The notes under the pieces are model-generated. The model saw nothing but the letters and a program-made list of their open reading frames with translations. It searched no databases and was not told the DNA's origin. A stretch of DNA of 64,000 bases, taken from Chitinophaga pinensis (GTDB lineage Bacteria > Bacteroidota > Bacteroidia > Chitinophagales > Chitinophagaceae). Positions 28,262 to 36,807 of the stretch are shown one piece after another. The stretch lies in contig CALRXZ020000001.1 in NCBI GenBank assembly GCA_943372255.1, positions 9,191 to 73,190 of the forward strand. Direction: 5' to 3'. The translations under genes were made by a program, and so were the position numbers. How positions within the stretch are numbered: position 1 is the stretch's first letter; each line of letters opens with the position of its first letter.

Positions 28262-30970
28262 CTAGTCTTGACCAAACAATTGGTTAAACAGCATTTTATA
28301 AGTACCATGTGTTTGTCCTCTGAAAGTTATTTCTGGCCCATAGACAAAGAGTTTGCCCTTGCCAACTTTGGCACTAAATCCAGCAACCCCATCTAACAAA
28401 TAAGACTGTCCAAACGCCCATCCACTTCTCAAGGTTTTTTCTGATGCATACCAAGCAAGCGGTGTCACTTCTTCTCTTGATATGGCATCTGGTTGAATTT
28501 TAAATACGGGGCTAGCGCTAAAATAAACATCGGCCTTTTGGCCCAATCCCCAGTTGGCTTTTTGGCGCGTATCAATGCTTACTTGCATCACGGATCCTGG
28601 AATATAAAATTTCTCTCCAGGTAAAGCTTTCTCTTTTCCAGCCACCATTTCTACCAAGGCATTGCGTACAGGAAGTTTTAAATGATAAGCCAGATTGGAA
28701 GAGCTACCAATAGTAACAATAGTACCTCCTGCCTCTAAGAATTCTTTGAGCGCAGGAATAGATTTAGCAGGGGTGATTCTACCCAATTGTGAGTGGAATT
28801 CTGCAGGTATATCTTCTGTTTTGGGTTCTCTTCCCTCAAATCCGCCAAAGCCTCCTCCAGGGCCACCGGCTCCCTCTGTTCTAAGAGCAGGAATGGCACC
28901 TCCTACAAACACAATTACGTCATACTTATTTTTCAATGAGCCTCCATCAATTTCTTTGGCATAGATAAGATTGAATGGGAAATGATGCTGCTCTAAAATC
29001 CATCTAAGCCAGCCTGATGGCATTGATCCGCCATAATTATCCCAAAGTGCAATGCGCTTGGCACTAAGATTGCTTGCTTTTGCTGGGGCATCAGAAGCTT
29101 TTAAGATAACCCCATTAGTACTTGCTGCTTTTTCTAAAATAGGAGTGCTTGTAACACTATTGGCTACATAAAACTGATCGGCTGTTTTTGTTACTGGCAC
29201 ATCCGCTTTCAAAAGGTCATTCAACAAAATAAAACTAGCATTATCCTTAGTAGAAAAACTAAATCCGGTAGTGGTAGCCGTCTTTTCAATGGCTCCTTTT
29301 GCAGTTTGAACACTGCCATAAGGAATGGTTTCAAATGGGCCATTAAAACTATTTAATACCCTTGTGAATTGAATACCCATGGTATAAGCTGGAGTCCATC
29401 CTGCTGCATCATAGGGGCGTACTGGCGGGCCTCCTGGATACTGAAAATCATTGGGGTGATCCTGTGGCTCAAACATATCTATTACGTGTGCTCTAAATGC
29501 CTGATTGGTTTTAACAATATAGGATCCAGCTGGATAATTCTGACCTTCTACACTAAAATCACTGGTGGCTTTTTCAACTTTAATACCACTATTGATTAAA
29601 ATATTGGCAAAGGCTGTGGCCGATGTGGTTTGATTTGCTGGAATAATATAACCCCTAGCATCGCGCAGCTCTGGTTTCCTATATATTTTATTGTAATACT
29701 CTAATGGTAGGGTATCTCCACGCATTTCTTTTTTATCTTCTTTATACAAATCAGTGACCATTTCAACCTTATTGGGAGAAAGTGTCCAATGGTCTGTATT
29801 GCCAGCTGCAATAGCGTTTTTCCCCATGGTATAAATATTCATCAGAAGTTCGTCCTTATATCTTGCTGCATAATTAAGTACTGCGTAGTTGAGTGAAAGC
29901 GAGTAGTCAATAGAATTTTTAAAATACCATTGCTGGGGTGCAATTGGATAAGGTGTACCACTATTGGGTATTAACCTATTGGGTACAAAATTAATCTTGG
30001 ACGGTGTTGGACTACCAATGATTTCGGTTAAAAGACCAATAATATTATGGTAATAGGCCGTTGTTCTCAAACCGCCATTCCACCAAGTACTATATACAGA
30101 ACCACTTTTCATGGTGTAACCGGGTTTGCCCTCTGCATTTAGTCTGCTACTCATAGCAGCACCCATGGCATCAATTCCTGTAATCAATAATGGGTCATAT
30201 ACATAGTTAAATGGATCTCTATAAGGAGGCCCTGCTACTACGGTACCTGCTGGCCCTGTTTGGTGGTGGTTATACAAGATCTGAGGCATCCACTCAATAT
30301 ATTGTTGACGGCTCATATTGCGTGATTCACTCATGTTCATCATGTAGAAATCACGGTTGTTGTCATGCCCAATATATTTTTGGTAGAGCCTGGGAAGGTT
30401 ATCTGTTGTACGTTTCAGCGTATCTGCATTGCGCATATACCAATTTGACACCAATTCTTGTCCGTCTGGGTTGGCGTGTACAAATAGGATGATGGTAGAT
30501 TTTAAGATTCTATTGGTTTCTTCATCTGTTCTAGTAATAATTTGATAGAGGGTTTCTATCCATTGATGTATGCCCACTACTTCGGTTGCATGTAATCCAC
30601 CATCAATCCAAACAACAGCTTTTCCTTCTGCAGCCAATGTTTTGGCATCAGCATCACTTAGGCCTTCTGCCCTAGCCATGCGTTGTGAGATAGACTTGTA
30701 TTTGTCTAGTTTGGCCAAATTGGCTGGATCAGAAACTACCACCATGTACTGGCTTCTTCCTTCTTCCGTATTCCCAATACTCATCAGTTTCATTTTTTTT
30801 GAAACTGCCGCCAATTTTTTCAGGTAAGCTTCTGTTTGTGTAAATGTGGCTAAATGATAGTTGTCTCCAATAGCAAAACCAAAATGTGATTTTGGATTGG
30901 GAACGTTCTGGGCCATGGTAGTTGACATGGTTACCGTGAATAGCAAAAAGAATAAAGCAATCCTACGCAT
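28262..30970 (-). CDS. M14-family zinc carboxypeptidase, large secreted multidomain form
   Basis: 902 aa with a signal peptide. It has the zinc-binding HATE (GGLHATEVVG) and the second ligand region VHANPDG. Confidence 0.8.
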   Translation of the reverse strand: MRRIALFFLLFTVTMSTTMAQNVPNPKSHFGFAIGDNYHLATFTQTEAYLKKLAAVSKKMKLMSIGNTEEGRSQYMVVVSDPANLAKLDKYKSISQRMARAEGLSDADAKTLAAEGKAVVWIDGGLHATEVVGIHQWIETLYQIITRTDEETNRILKSTIILFVHANPDGQELVSNWYMRNADTLKRTTDNLPRLYQKYIGHDNNRDFYMMNMSESRNMSRQQYIEWMPQILYNHHQTGPAGTVVAGPPYRDPFNYVYDPLLITGIDAMGAAMSSRLNAEGKPGYTMKSGSVYSTWWNGGLRTTAYYHNIIGLLTEIIGSPTPSKINFVPNRLIPNSGTPYPIAPQQWYFKNSIDYSLSLNYAVLNYAARYKDELLMNIYTMGKNAIAAGNTDHWTLSPNKVEMVTDLYKEDKKEMRGDTLPLEYYNKIYRKPELRDARGYIIPANQTTSATAFANILINSGIKVEKATSDFSVEGQNYPAGSYIVKTNQAFRAHVIDMFEPQDHPNDFQYPGGPPVRPYDAAGWTPAYTMGIQFTRVLNSFNGPFETIPYGSVQTAKGAIEKTATTTGFSFSTKDNASFILLNDLLKADVPVTKTADQFYVANSVTSTPILEKAASTNGVILKASDAPAKASNLSAKRIALWDNYGGSMPSGWLRWILEQHHFPFNLIYAKEIDGGSLKNKYDVIVFVGGAIPALRTEGAGGPGGGFGGFEGREPKTEDIPAEFHSQLGRITPAKSIPALKEFLEAGGTIVTIGSSSNLAYHLKLPVRNALVEMVAGKEKALPGEKFYIPGSVMQVSIDTRQKANWGLGQKADVYFSASPVFKIQPDAISREEVTPLAWYASEKTLRSGWAFGQSYLLDGVAGFSAKVGKGKLFVYGPEITFRGQTHGTYKMLFNQLFGQD

Positions 30971-31110
30971 AAGGTCAGTTTTGTTTGGATTGAATGTAAA
31001 CCAAGAATTTTAATTCACTGCAATTTTTACAGGAATAGTGTAAGGTTTACTGAGTAATGCCTAAAAAGGCAATAATCTTGTTTCAATTTTGTAATAAAAT
31101 ATTCAAAAAG

Positions 31111-31143
31111 TCAATAACTATCAATAATCCGTCAATTTCAATA
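31111..31143. promoter_or_regulatory. Phased TCAATA(A) repeat array upstream of the NRPS-like gene
   Basis: TCAATAA at 31111, TCAATAA at 31121, TCAAT at 31132 and TCAATAA at 31138, with 10-11 bp phasing for the first three. The array lies 63-95 nt upstream of the ATG at 31206. Confidence 0.3.
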
Positions 31144-31205
31144 AGGTAATTTTTTATATTTAACTTCGTTAACATTTAGTTTTATTTTCTTTAAGATTTC
31201 CTTGT

Positions 31206-33821
31206 ATGAATATGGCAATTTTTGATCAAACGCCTATCTATCAATTGATTAGCAACCAAGCATTGTTGCATCCCAATAAAGTAGCCATTAAGTACAATGG
31301 AAAATCCATTACTTATGCTGAATTGGTTAAATCCGCTAATCAGTTTGCCAGCTTTATGGCTCAGAAAGCTGTTAAAAGAAATGAGATTGTGGTAGTTGCC
31401 ATGGATAGGTCTATTGAAATGGTAATAGCTATGATTGGGTTATTAAAATCCGGGATTACTTATTTGCCTATTTTACCCGATTATCCAAAAGATAGGCTCA
31501 ACTATATTTTAGAAAATAGCAACACGGGTCATATTTTATCTACTTATAAGTTCAAGGAACAATACGGTAAATATGCGGGTGCCATTTTTGTAGAAGAATT
31601 CTTAGAAGTTAAAGATAGTTTAGAAGAAAAACCTGATGATGGCATTGATCATTCAGACGATACTGCTTTTGCTTTATATACTTCAGGTTCAACTGGTTTA
31701 CCAAAAGGTGTAGAGATTGCACAGAAAAGTTTTTTAAACCACTTGCTGAGTATGCAATTGGTTCCAGGCATCACTAAGGATGATATTGTTTTAAACATTA
31801 CCACCATCACTTTTGATATTGCCCAATTAGAATTATTCCTGCCGTTGATTAGCGGTGCTCAGTTGTTTATTACTGATATGGATGAGTCCAGAGATGGTAG
31901 ATTATTATTAGAAACTATTGAGAAAGAACAAATTACCATTGTACAAGCAACACCATTTAACTGGCAAATTTTAATTGAATCAGGTTGGCAGAAAAAAATG
32001 CCAATTAAGGCACTGTGTGGTGGAGAGGCATTGAGCATGGACTTGGCTAAAAAACTTTGTTCAAGAGTACAGGAGTTGTGGAATGTATACGGTCCAACAG
32101 AAGCAACTATTTGGGCAACAGTGAAACAAATTCATTCAACAGACCACATCATTACTATTGGAAAACCAATGCATAATGTAGACGTTTATATACTCAATGA
32201 ACAGTTACAAGAAATGCCGGTGGATGAAGTGGGAGAAATTTATATTTCAGGCATTCAAGTAGGTAAGGGTTATATTAATAGACCTGAACTAACTGAAAAA
32301 GCATTTTTAAATGACCCTATTTCTAAAGATCCTGGCACAAGAATGTATAAAACCGGGGATCTAGGAAAGAGATTACCCAATGGAGAAATTCAATGTTTAG
32401 GAAGAATTGATCACCAAATCAAGATTAGAGGTAATAGGGTTGAGACAGAGGAAATAGAATTTCAAATTAAACAATACGATCAAGTTAAAAACGCCATAGT
32501 TGTTGGTCACAAAGATCATGTAGACAATATGCGTTTGGTAGCATACATAGAATTAGACAACCCAATTCCTGTTAATCAAGAACCTGAATTATTCAAAGCA
32601 ATTAAAGCATCCTTAGGTGCTACGTTGCCAGAGTATATGATTCCTACAGACTATATGGTTATTCAGGAAGTACCACTCATGTCTAATGGAAAAGTGAATA
32701 GAAAGGCTTTACCAGCACCAGTGCTTCAAGTGATTGACAGAGAAATTATTGCTCCTGAAACAACCCTTGAAAACCTGATGTTAACCATTTGGTCTAGAAA
32801 TTTAGGGCTGGAGAAAATTAGTGTGGAGGACAATTTCTTTGACCTAGGTGGGAATTCTTTAATAGCAACCAAGATCATGTTGCAGGTAGAACAGGAAACT
32901 GGTAAAAGATTACCTAATGCAACACTTTTCCAATACCAATCTATCAAAGATCTTTGTAAGGTTATTGAAAATAATATAGCTGAGAGTCCTTATAAAGTAT
33001 TGGTGCCAATGAAACCAACTGGTTCCAAAATGCCCATCTATATTGTACATGCCATTGGTTTGAACTTGATGTTCTTACGCAATGTTGTATTGTTGATGGA
33101 TGAAGATCAACCGGTATATGGTTTGCAAGCGCTTGGGTTAAATGGAATAGATGAGCCATTAGATAATATGGAAGCAATTGCTAGTTTTTACAACAATGAA
33201 ATCTTATTACATAATCCAAACGGTCCTTATATCATTGCCGGTTATTCCTTTGGGGGATATATTGCTTGGGAAATGGTGCGTCAATTAAAAGCAATGGGAA
33301 AAGATGTTCGCATGTTGGCAATGATGGATACCAATATTCAAGAACCATTATACCAGAAACCATTGCTAGAGCGATTTAGTAAAAAACTATTCCGCCAATG
33401 GAAAAAATTAATTTTTAGACTGGGTACTAGTTTCACATATCCAGCCGATACTTTGGATTATTTGAAAACTATTTATACCCATAGGTACAAGAAATTGCAA
33501 GATCAAGATTATGATTCTGAAAATATGCCCGTTTTCATGATGCGGATTGCAGACAAAATGGAACACGCATATTATCATTATTATTTTAAACCTCAGCACA
33601 TAAAAATTGATCAATTTATTTCTGAAAAAAGGATGTTCTTCATAGACGATCCAAAATATATGGGTTGGAAGAAGTTAGCCTTAGATGGAATTGAACAACA
33701 CCATATTCCTGGCGATCATAAAGACATGTTGTTCCCTCCCAATGACAAATTTTTTGCTCAGACCTTGCAAAAGAAGTTAAATCAGCTAAATCAGGAGCTT
33801 GCAAACCAGCAAACAACCTAA
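31206..33821 (+). CDS. Stand-alone NRPS-like enzyme: adenylation (glycine-like code) - peptidyl carrier - thioesterase (A-T-TE), no condensation domain
   Basis: All A-domain core motifs are present (LYTSGSTGLPKGV, FDIAQ, NVYGPTE, YKTGDL, GRIDHQIKIRGNRVE, NGKVNRK). The carrier motif is DNFFDLGGNSLI. The TE has GYSFGG, MMDT and GDH. Confidence 0.9.
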   Translation: MNMAIFDQTPIYQLISNQALLHPNKVAIKYNGKSITYAELVKSANQFASFMAQKAVKRNEIVVVAMDRSIEMVIAMIGLLKSGITYLPILPDYPKDRLNYILENSNTGHILSTYKFKEQYGKYAGAIFVEEFLEVKDSLEEKPDDGIDHSDDTAFALYTSGSTGLPKGVEIAQKSFLNHLLSMQLVPGITKDDIVLNITTITFDIAQLELFLPLISGAQLFITDMDESRDGRLLLETIEKEQITIVQATPFNWQILIESGWQKKMPIKALCGGEALSMDLAKKLCSRVQELWNVYGPTEATIWATVKQIHSTDHIITIGKPMHNVDVYILNEQLQEMPVDEVGEIYISGIQVGKGYINRPELTEKAFLNDPISKDPGTRMYKTGDLGKRLPNGEIQCLGRIDHQIKIRGNRVETEEIEFQIKQYDQVKNAIVVGHKDHVDNMRLVAYIELDNPIPVNQEPELFKAIKASLGATLPEYMIPTDYMVIQEVPLMSNGKVNRKALPAPVLQVIDREIIAPETTLENLMLTIWSRNLGLEKISVEDNFFDLGGNSLIATKIMLQVEQETGKRLPNATLFQYQSIKDLCKVIENNIAESPYKVLVPMKPTGSKMPIYIVHAIGLNLMFLRNVVLLMDEDQPVYGLQALGLNGIDEPLDNMEAIASFYNNEILLHNPNGPYIIAGYSFGGYIAWEMVRQLKAMGKDVRMLAMMDTNIQEPLYQKPLLERFSKKLFRQWKKLIFRLGTSFTYPADTLDYLKTIYTHRYKKLQDQDYDSENMPVFMMRIADKMEHAYYHYYFKPQHIKIDQFISEKRMFFIDDPKYMGWKKLALDGIEQHHIPGDHKDMLFPPNDKFFAQTLQKKLNQLNQELANQQTT

Positions 33822-34664
33822 ATGAAACTAGCCCATTTGATATTGGCATACCATGAACCAGTTCAATTGGAACGTTTAATTAGAAGATTAATGACGGCTA
33901 ATGCCGATATTTATATACAGCTAGACATCAAAGCCAATATGGCTGATTTTCAACACTTGGGTCAGTTGCATCAGGTTCAGTTTGTAAAAAATAGGTTGAA
34001 TGTGACCTGGGGCTTATACAGCATGGTAGAAGCAACCATACAGGGATATAAGCAAATTTTAGCATCCGGTCAGTCCTACACCCATATTAATCTAATGAGT
34101 GGTCAGGACTATCCTTTGAAAGCCGCAAAAACCATTGAGGATTTCTTTTTTTCAAATCAGGGTAAATCTTTCATGAAATTCAAACCCATATTTGAAGAAT
34201 GGCCTGAATCTATTAGAAGAATTACAAAATATGATATGGGAGATTATCAATTTCCTTTTCGATATCAATTACAAGGGATACTAAATAAGTGGATGCCAAA
34301 CAGGAAGATGCCACTTGGAATGAAGCCTTATGGCTTTTCTCAATGGATGACTATTTCCTTTGATGCTGCTGCCTATATTGTCAATTTTTTAGACAAAAAT
34401 TTTTTAGCAAAACATTTTTTTAAAATGACATTCTGTGTAGATGAATTAATCTTTCAAACCATCTTACTAAATTCTCCTTTTAAGAATACCATTGTTAATG
34501 ACCACTTGCGCGTAATCAAATTTCTAAAAGGATCTTATAGACCTAGAACCCTTTTAATCTCTGACGCTGAAATGCTAATTTCTTCAGGAAAATTCTTTGC
34601 TAGAAAATTTGTACCTGAAGAAGATACTGCCATACTAGATTATTTAGATAGTCACGCAACCTAA
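33822..34664 (+). CDS. Glycosyltransferase family 14 (core-2/I-branching beta-1,6-GlcNAc-transferase-like)
   Basis: The N-terminus MKLAHLILAYHEPVQLERLIRRL and NLMSGQDYPLK are characteristic of the Branch/GT14 domain. Its ATG directly abuts the NRPS-like stop codon (TAAATG). Confidence 0.8.
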   Translation: MKLAHLILAYHEPVQLERLIRRLMTANADIYIQLDIKANMADFQHLGQLHQVQFVKNRLNVTWGLYSMVEATIQGYKQILASGQSYTHINLMSGQDYPLKAAKTIEDFFFSNQGKSFMKFKPIFEEWPESIRRITKYDMGDYQFPFRYQLQGILNKWMPNRKMPLGMKPYGFSQWMTISFDAAAYIVNFLDKNFLAKHFFKMTFCVDELIFQTILLNSPFKNTIVNDHLRVIKFLKGSYRPRTLLISDAEMLISSGKFFARKFVPEEDTAILDYLDSHAT

Positions 34665-34764
34665 AATTTGACAATTTGAGTATTTGGTAACAATCTGGTA
34701 AAACTATCTTAACATTCTGGTTACTTACAGCTTTTAATTTGCGGTATCTCTTAAACCGCCCAAC

Positions 34765-34866
34765 ATGAAAAAGCTGTCCTATTTTCTACAGCAAATGCTA
34801 GTGGATCTAAGTATCCCCTTTTTGTTAAATGGATATTTGGGTTACAAATTCCATAAAATCCATTAA
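34765..34866 (+). CDS. Candidate 33-aa upstream small ORF coupled to the LpxH-family gene
   Basis: MKKLSYFLQQMLVDLSIPFLLNGYLGYKFHKIH. Its TAA stop (34864-34866) shares one base with the ATG at 34866 (TAATG). It is too short for the ORF track and there is no homology evidence. Confidence 0.2.
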   Translation: MKKLSYFLQQMLVDLSIPFLLNGYLGYKFHKIH

Positions 34867-35714
34867 TGGAGCAGAAAAGAAGAAAGCTTGATATACTTGT
34901 CTTATCAGACATACATCTTGGCACTTATGGCTGCCACGCAAAAGAACTACTCCATTACTTGAAGTCTGTAAAACCCAAAACCGTTATTTTAAACGGCGAT
35001 ATTATTGATATATGGCAATTCAGTAAAAGGTACTGGCCAAAATCACACATGAAAGTGGTAAAACACTTGATGCACTGGATGAGTAAGGGTGTAAAAATCT
35101 ATTATATCCCTGGCAACCATGATGAGATGCTTAGAAAATTCACGGGATGGCAATTGGGAAGTTTGAAAATAGTCAATAAGGTTGTACTGGATTTACCCAA
35201 CGATGGAAAAGCATGGTTTTTTCATGGAGATGTTTTTGATGTAACCATGCAGCATAGTAAGTGGTTGGCAAAATTGGGTGCTGTTGGATACGATACTTTG
35301 ATTTTAATTAATCGTTTGGTAAACTTTATTTCGGAAAGAGTTTTTGGGAAAGGCAAAATTTCATTGTCTAAAAAAATTAAAAACAGTGTAAAGTCAGCTG
35401 TTAAGTTCATCAATAATTTTGAGGAAACAGCTGCTGATATTGGTATTAGTAATCAATACAAGTACGTGGTTTGCGGCCATATTCACCAGCCGGAAATGAG
35501 AAAGATTGAAAATCAAGAAGGTGAAATCATGTATCTCAATAGCGGTGACTGGATTGAAAATCTTACTTCTCTGGAATATGTAAATGGTCAATGGACTATT
35601 TATAAGTTTAATCATGAACAATGGAAACAGGAGATAGAAACAGAAGAAGAGGAACCAGATAATCAACAGCTCTTTGACAGCTTGTTGGAAGAATTCAATT
35701 TAATGAAACAGTAA
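34866..35714 (+). CDS. LpxH-family metallophosphoesterase (UDP-2,3-diacylglucosamine pyrophosphatase-like)
   Basis: The calcineurin-like motifs occur in order: LSDIHLG, NGDIIDIW, GNHDE, FHGD and CGHIH. The size and N-terminus match the LpxH/COG2908 family. Confidence 0.8.
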   Translation: MEQKRRKLDILVLSDIHLGTYGCHAKELLHYLKSVKPKTVILNGDIIDIWQFSKRYWPKSHMKVVKHLMHWMSKGVKIYYIPGNHDEMLRKFTGWQLGSLKIVNKVVLDLPNDGKAWFFHGDVFDVTMQHSKWLAKLGAVGYDTLILINRLVNFISERVFGKGKISLSKKIKNSVKSAVKFINNFEETAADIGISNQYKYVVCGHIHQPEMRKIENQEGEIMYLNSGDWIENLTSLEYVNGQWTIYKFNHEQWKQEIETEEEEPDNQQLFDSLLEEFNLMKQ

Positions 35715-36805
35715 TGAGAATTTTATACGCCATTCAAGGAACTGGAAACGGTCATGTTAGCAGGGCAAGGGATATTATTCCATATTTACAGGAAAAGGGA
35801 TCAGTAGACCTTTTAATTAGCGGAATTCAGTCTGATGTTAATCTGCCTTATGAAATCAAGTATCAATTTAAGGGCTTAAGTTTCATCTTTGGTAAGAAGG
35901 GCGGAATAGACCTATTAGATACCTATAGAAAAAGCAATTTAAAAAGATTGTATCAAGAGATTCAATCGCTACCGGTTGAAGATTATGACTTGGTAATCAG
36001 TGATTTTGAACCAGTTAGTTCTTGGGCATGTAAATTGAAAAATAAACCATGTATTGGATTAAGTCATCAATCTGCAGTAATCAATAAGAAATCTCCCAAG
36101 CCTAAAAAAACAGATATGGTTGGCAAGGCCGTTCTGAATAATTATGCTCCAGTAGACATTTCTTATGGATTTCATTTTAAACAATACGATAAACAAATAT
36201 TCACACCTGTAATCAGAAGTCAAATTCGTCAGGCTAGTCCTGAAGACGCCGGACACTATACGGTATATCTACCGGCTTATAATGACGAGAGATTGTTGAA
36301 AGTCTTGACACAAATACCATTGGTAAAATGGCAGGTATTCAGTAAGCATACTAAAAAAGATTATAAGGTTAAAAATGTGCATATTCAACCCATCAATAAT
36401 GAGTTATTTGTTGAGAGTATGGTTAGTTGTACTGGGATACTTTGCGGAGCCGGATTTGAAACTCCAGCAGAGGCTTTGTTCCTGAAAAAAAAGCTAATGG
36501 TCATTCCTATGAAGGGTCAGTATGAGCAACACTGTAATGCAGCGGCGCTAAAAGAATTGGGTGTGCCCGTGATTAAATCATTAAAGCAAAAACATATTGG
36601 ATCAATAGAACAATGGATCAGACTTGAAAAGAAAATAATACTTGATTTTCCTGATCAAACGGAGCAAATTATTAATATTCTGGTAAAGGCAAATTATCAG
36701 AAATCAAGCGTTTCTCTCAAGGTACTGGGTCAGGGAATAAGTACTTGGAAACAATTCAAGCACCGCAGTTTTGGGAATATTCTCAGGCAACTTACCGAAC
36801 AATAG
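35714..36805 (+). CDS. GT-B glycosyltransferase of the MJ1255/TIGR00661 type (GT1/GT28-like)
   Basis: The N-terminus MRILYAIQGTGNGHVSRARDIIPYL is the family hallmark. The C-terminal half has GAGFETPAEAL, a nucleotide-sugar-binding motif. TAATG overlap with the LpxH-family gene. Confidence 0.75.
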   Translation: MRILYAIQGTGNGHVSRARDIIPYLQEKGSVDLLISGIQSDVNLPYEIKYQFKGLSFIFGKKGGIDLLDTYRKSNLKRLYQEIQSLPVEDYDLVISDFEPVSSWACKLKNKPCIGLSHQSAVINKKSPKPKKTDMVGKAVLNNYAPVDISYGFHFKQYDKQIFTPVIRSQIRQASPEDAGHYTVYLPAYNDERLLKVLTQIPLVKWQVFSKHTKKDYKVKNVHIQPINNELFVESMVSCTGILCGAGFETPAEALFLKKKLMVIPMKGQYEQHCNAAALKELGVPVIKSLKQKHIGSIEQWIRLEKKIILDFPDQTEQIINILVKANYQKSSVSLKVLGQGISTWKQFKHRSFGNILRQLTEQ

Positions 36806-36807
36806 AA

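Noticed and set aside
28695-30827. Plus-strand ORFs 28695..28964, 29369..29599, 30211..30492 and 30570..30827 opposite the M14 peptidase gene.
   Set aside because: All are antisense to a 902-aa gene with clear zinc-carboxypeptidase motifs. Their Pro/Ser/Ala-rich translations are typical of the reverse frame.
31206-33821. Interpreting the NRPS-like gene as part of a siderophore or peptide-antibiotic NRPS cluster.
   Set aside because: There is no condensation, cyclisation, epimerisation or reductase domain, no MbtH-like gene, no second module and no tailoring or transport genes in the 64-kb window. The neighbours are glycosyltransferases and a lipid A-type pyrophosphatase.
34866-35714. Treating the LpxH-family gene simply as the housekeeping lipid A enzyme and dismissing the locus.
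   Set aside because: This cannot be excluded from the window alone. However, no other lpx genes (lpxA, lpxC, lpxD, lpxB, lpxK) are nearby. The tight overlaps with a GT-B transferase and a GH1 enzyme argue for a specialised paralog. I kept it as a hypothesis and stated the decisive check, which is the presence of a second lpxH or lpxI elsewhere in the genome.
36745-36807. Upstream extension of the GH1 ORF overlapping the glycosyltransferase 3' end.
   Set aside because: GH1 enzymes normally begin a few residues before the FxWGxATAAYQxEG motif. The ATG at 36808 gives exactly that and sits 2 nt after the upstream stop.
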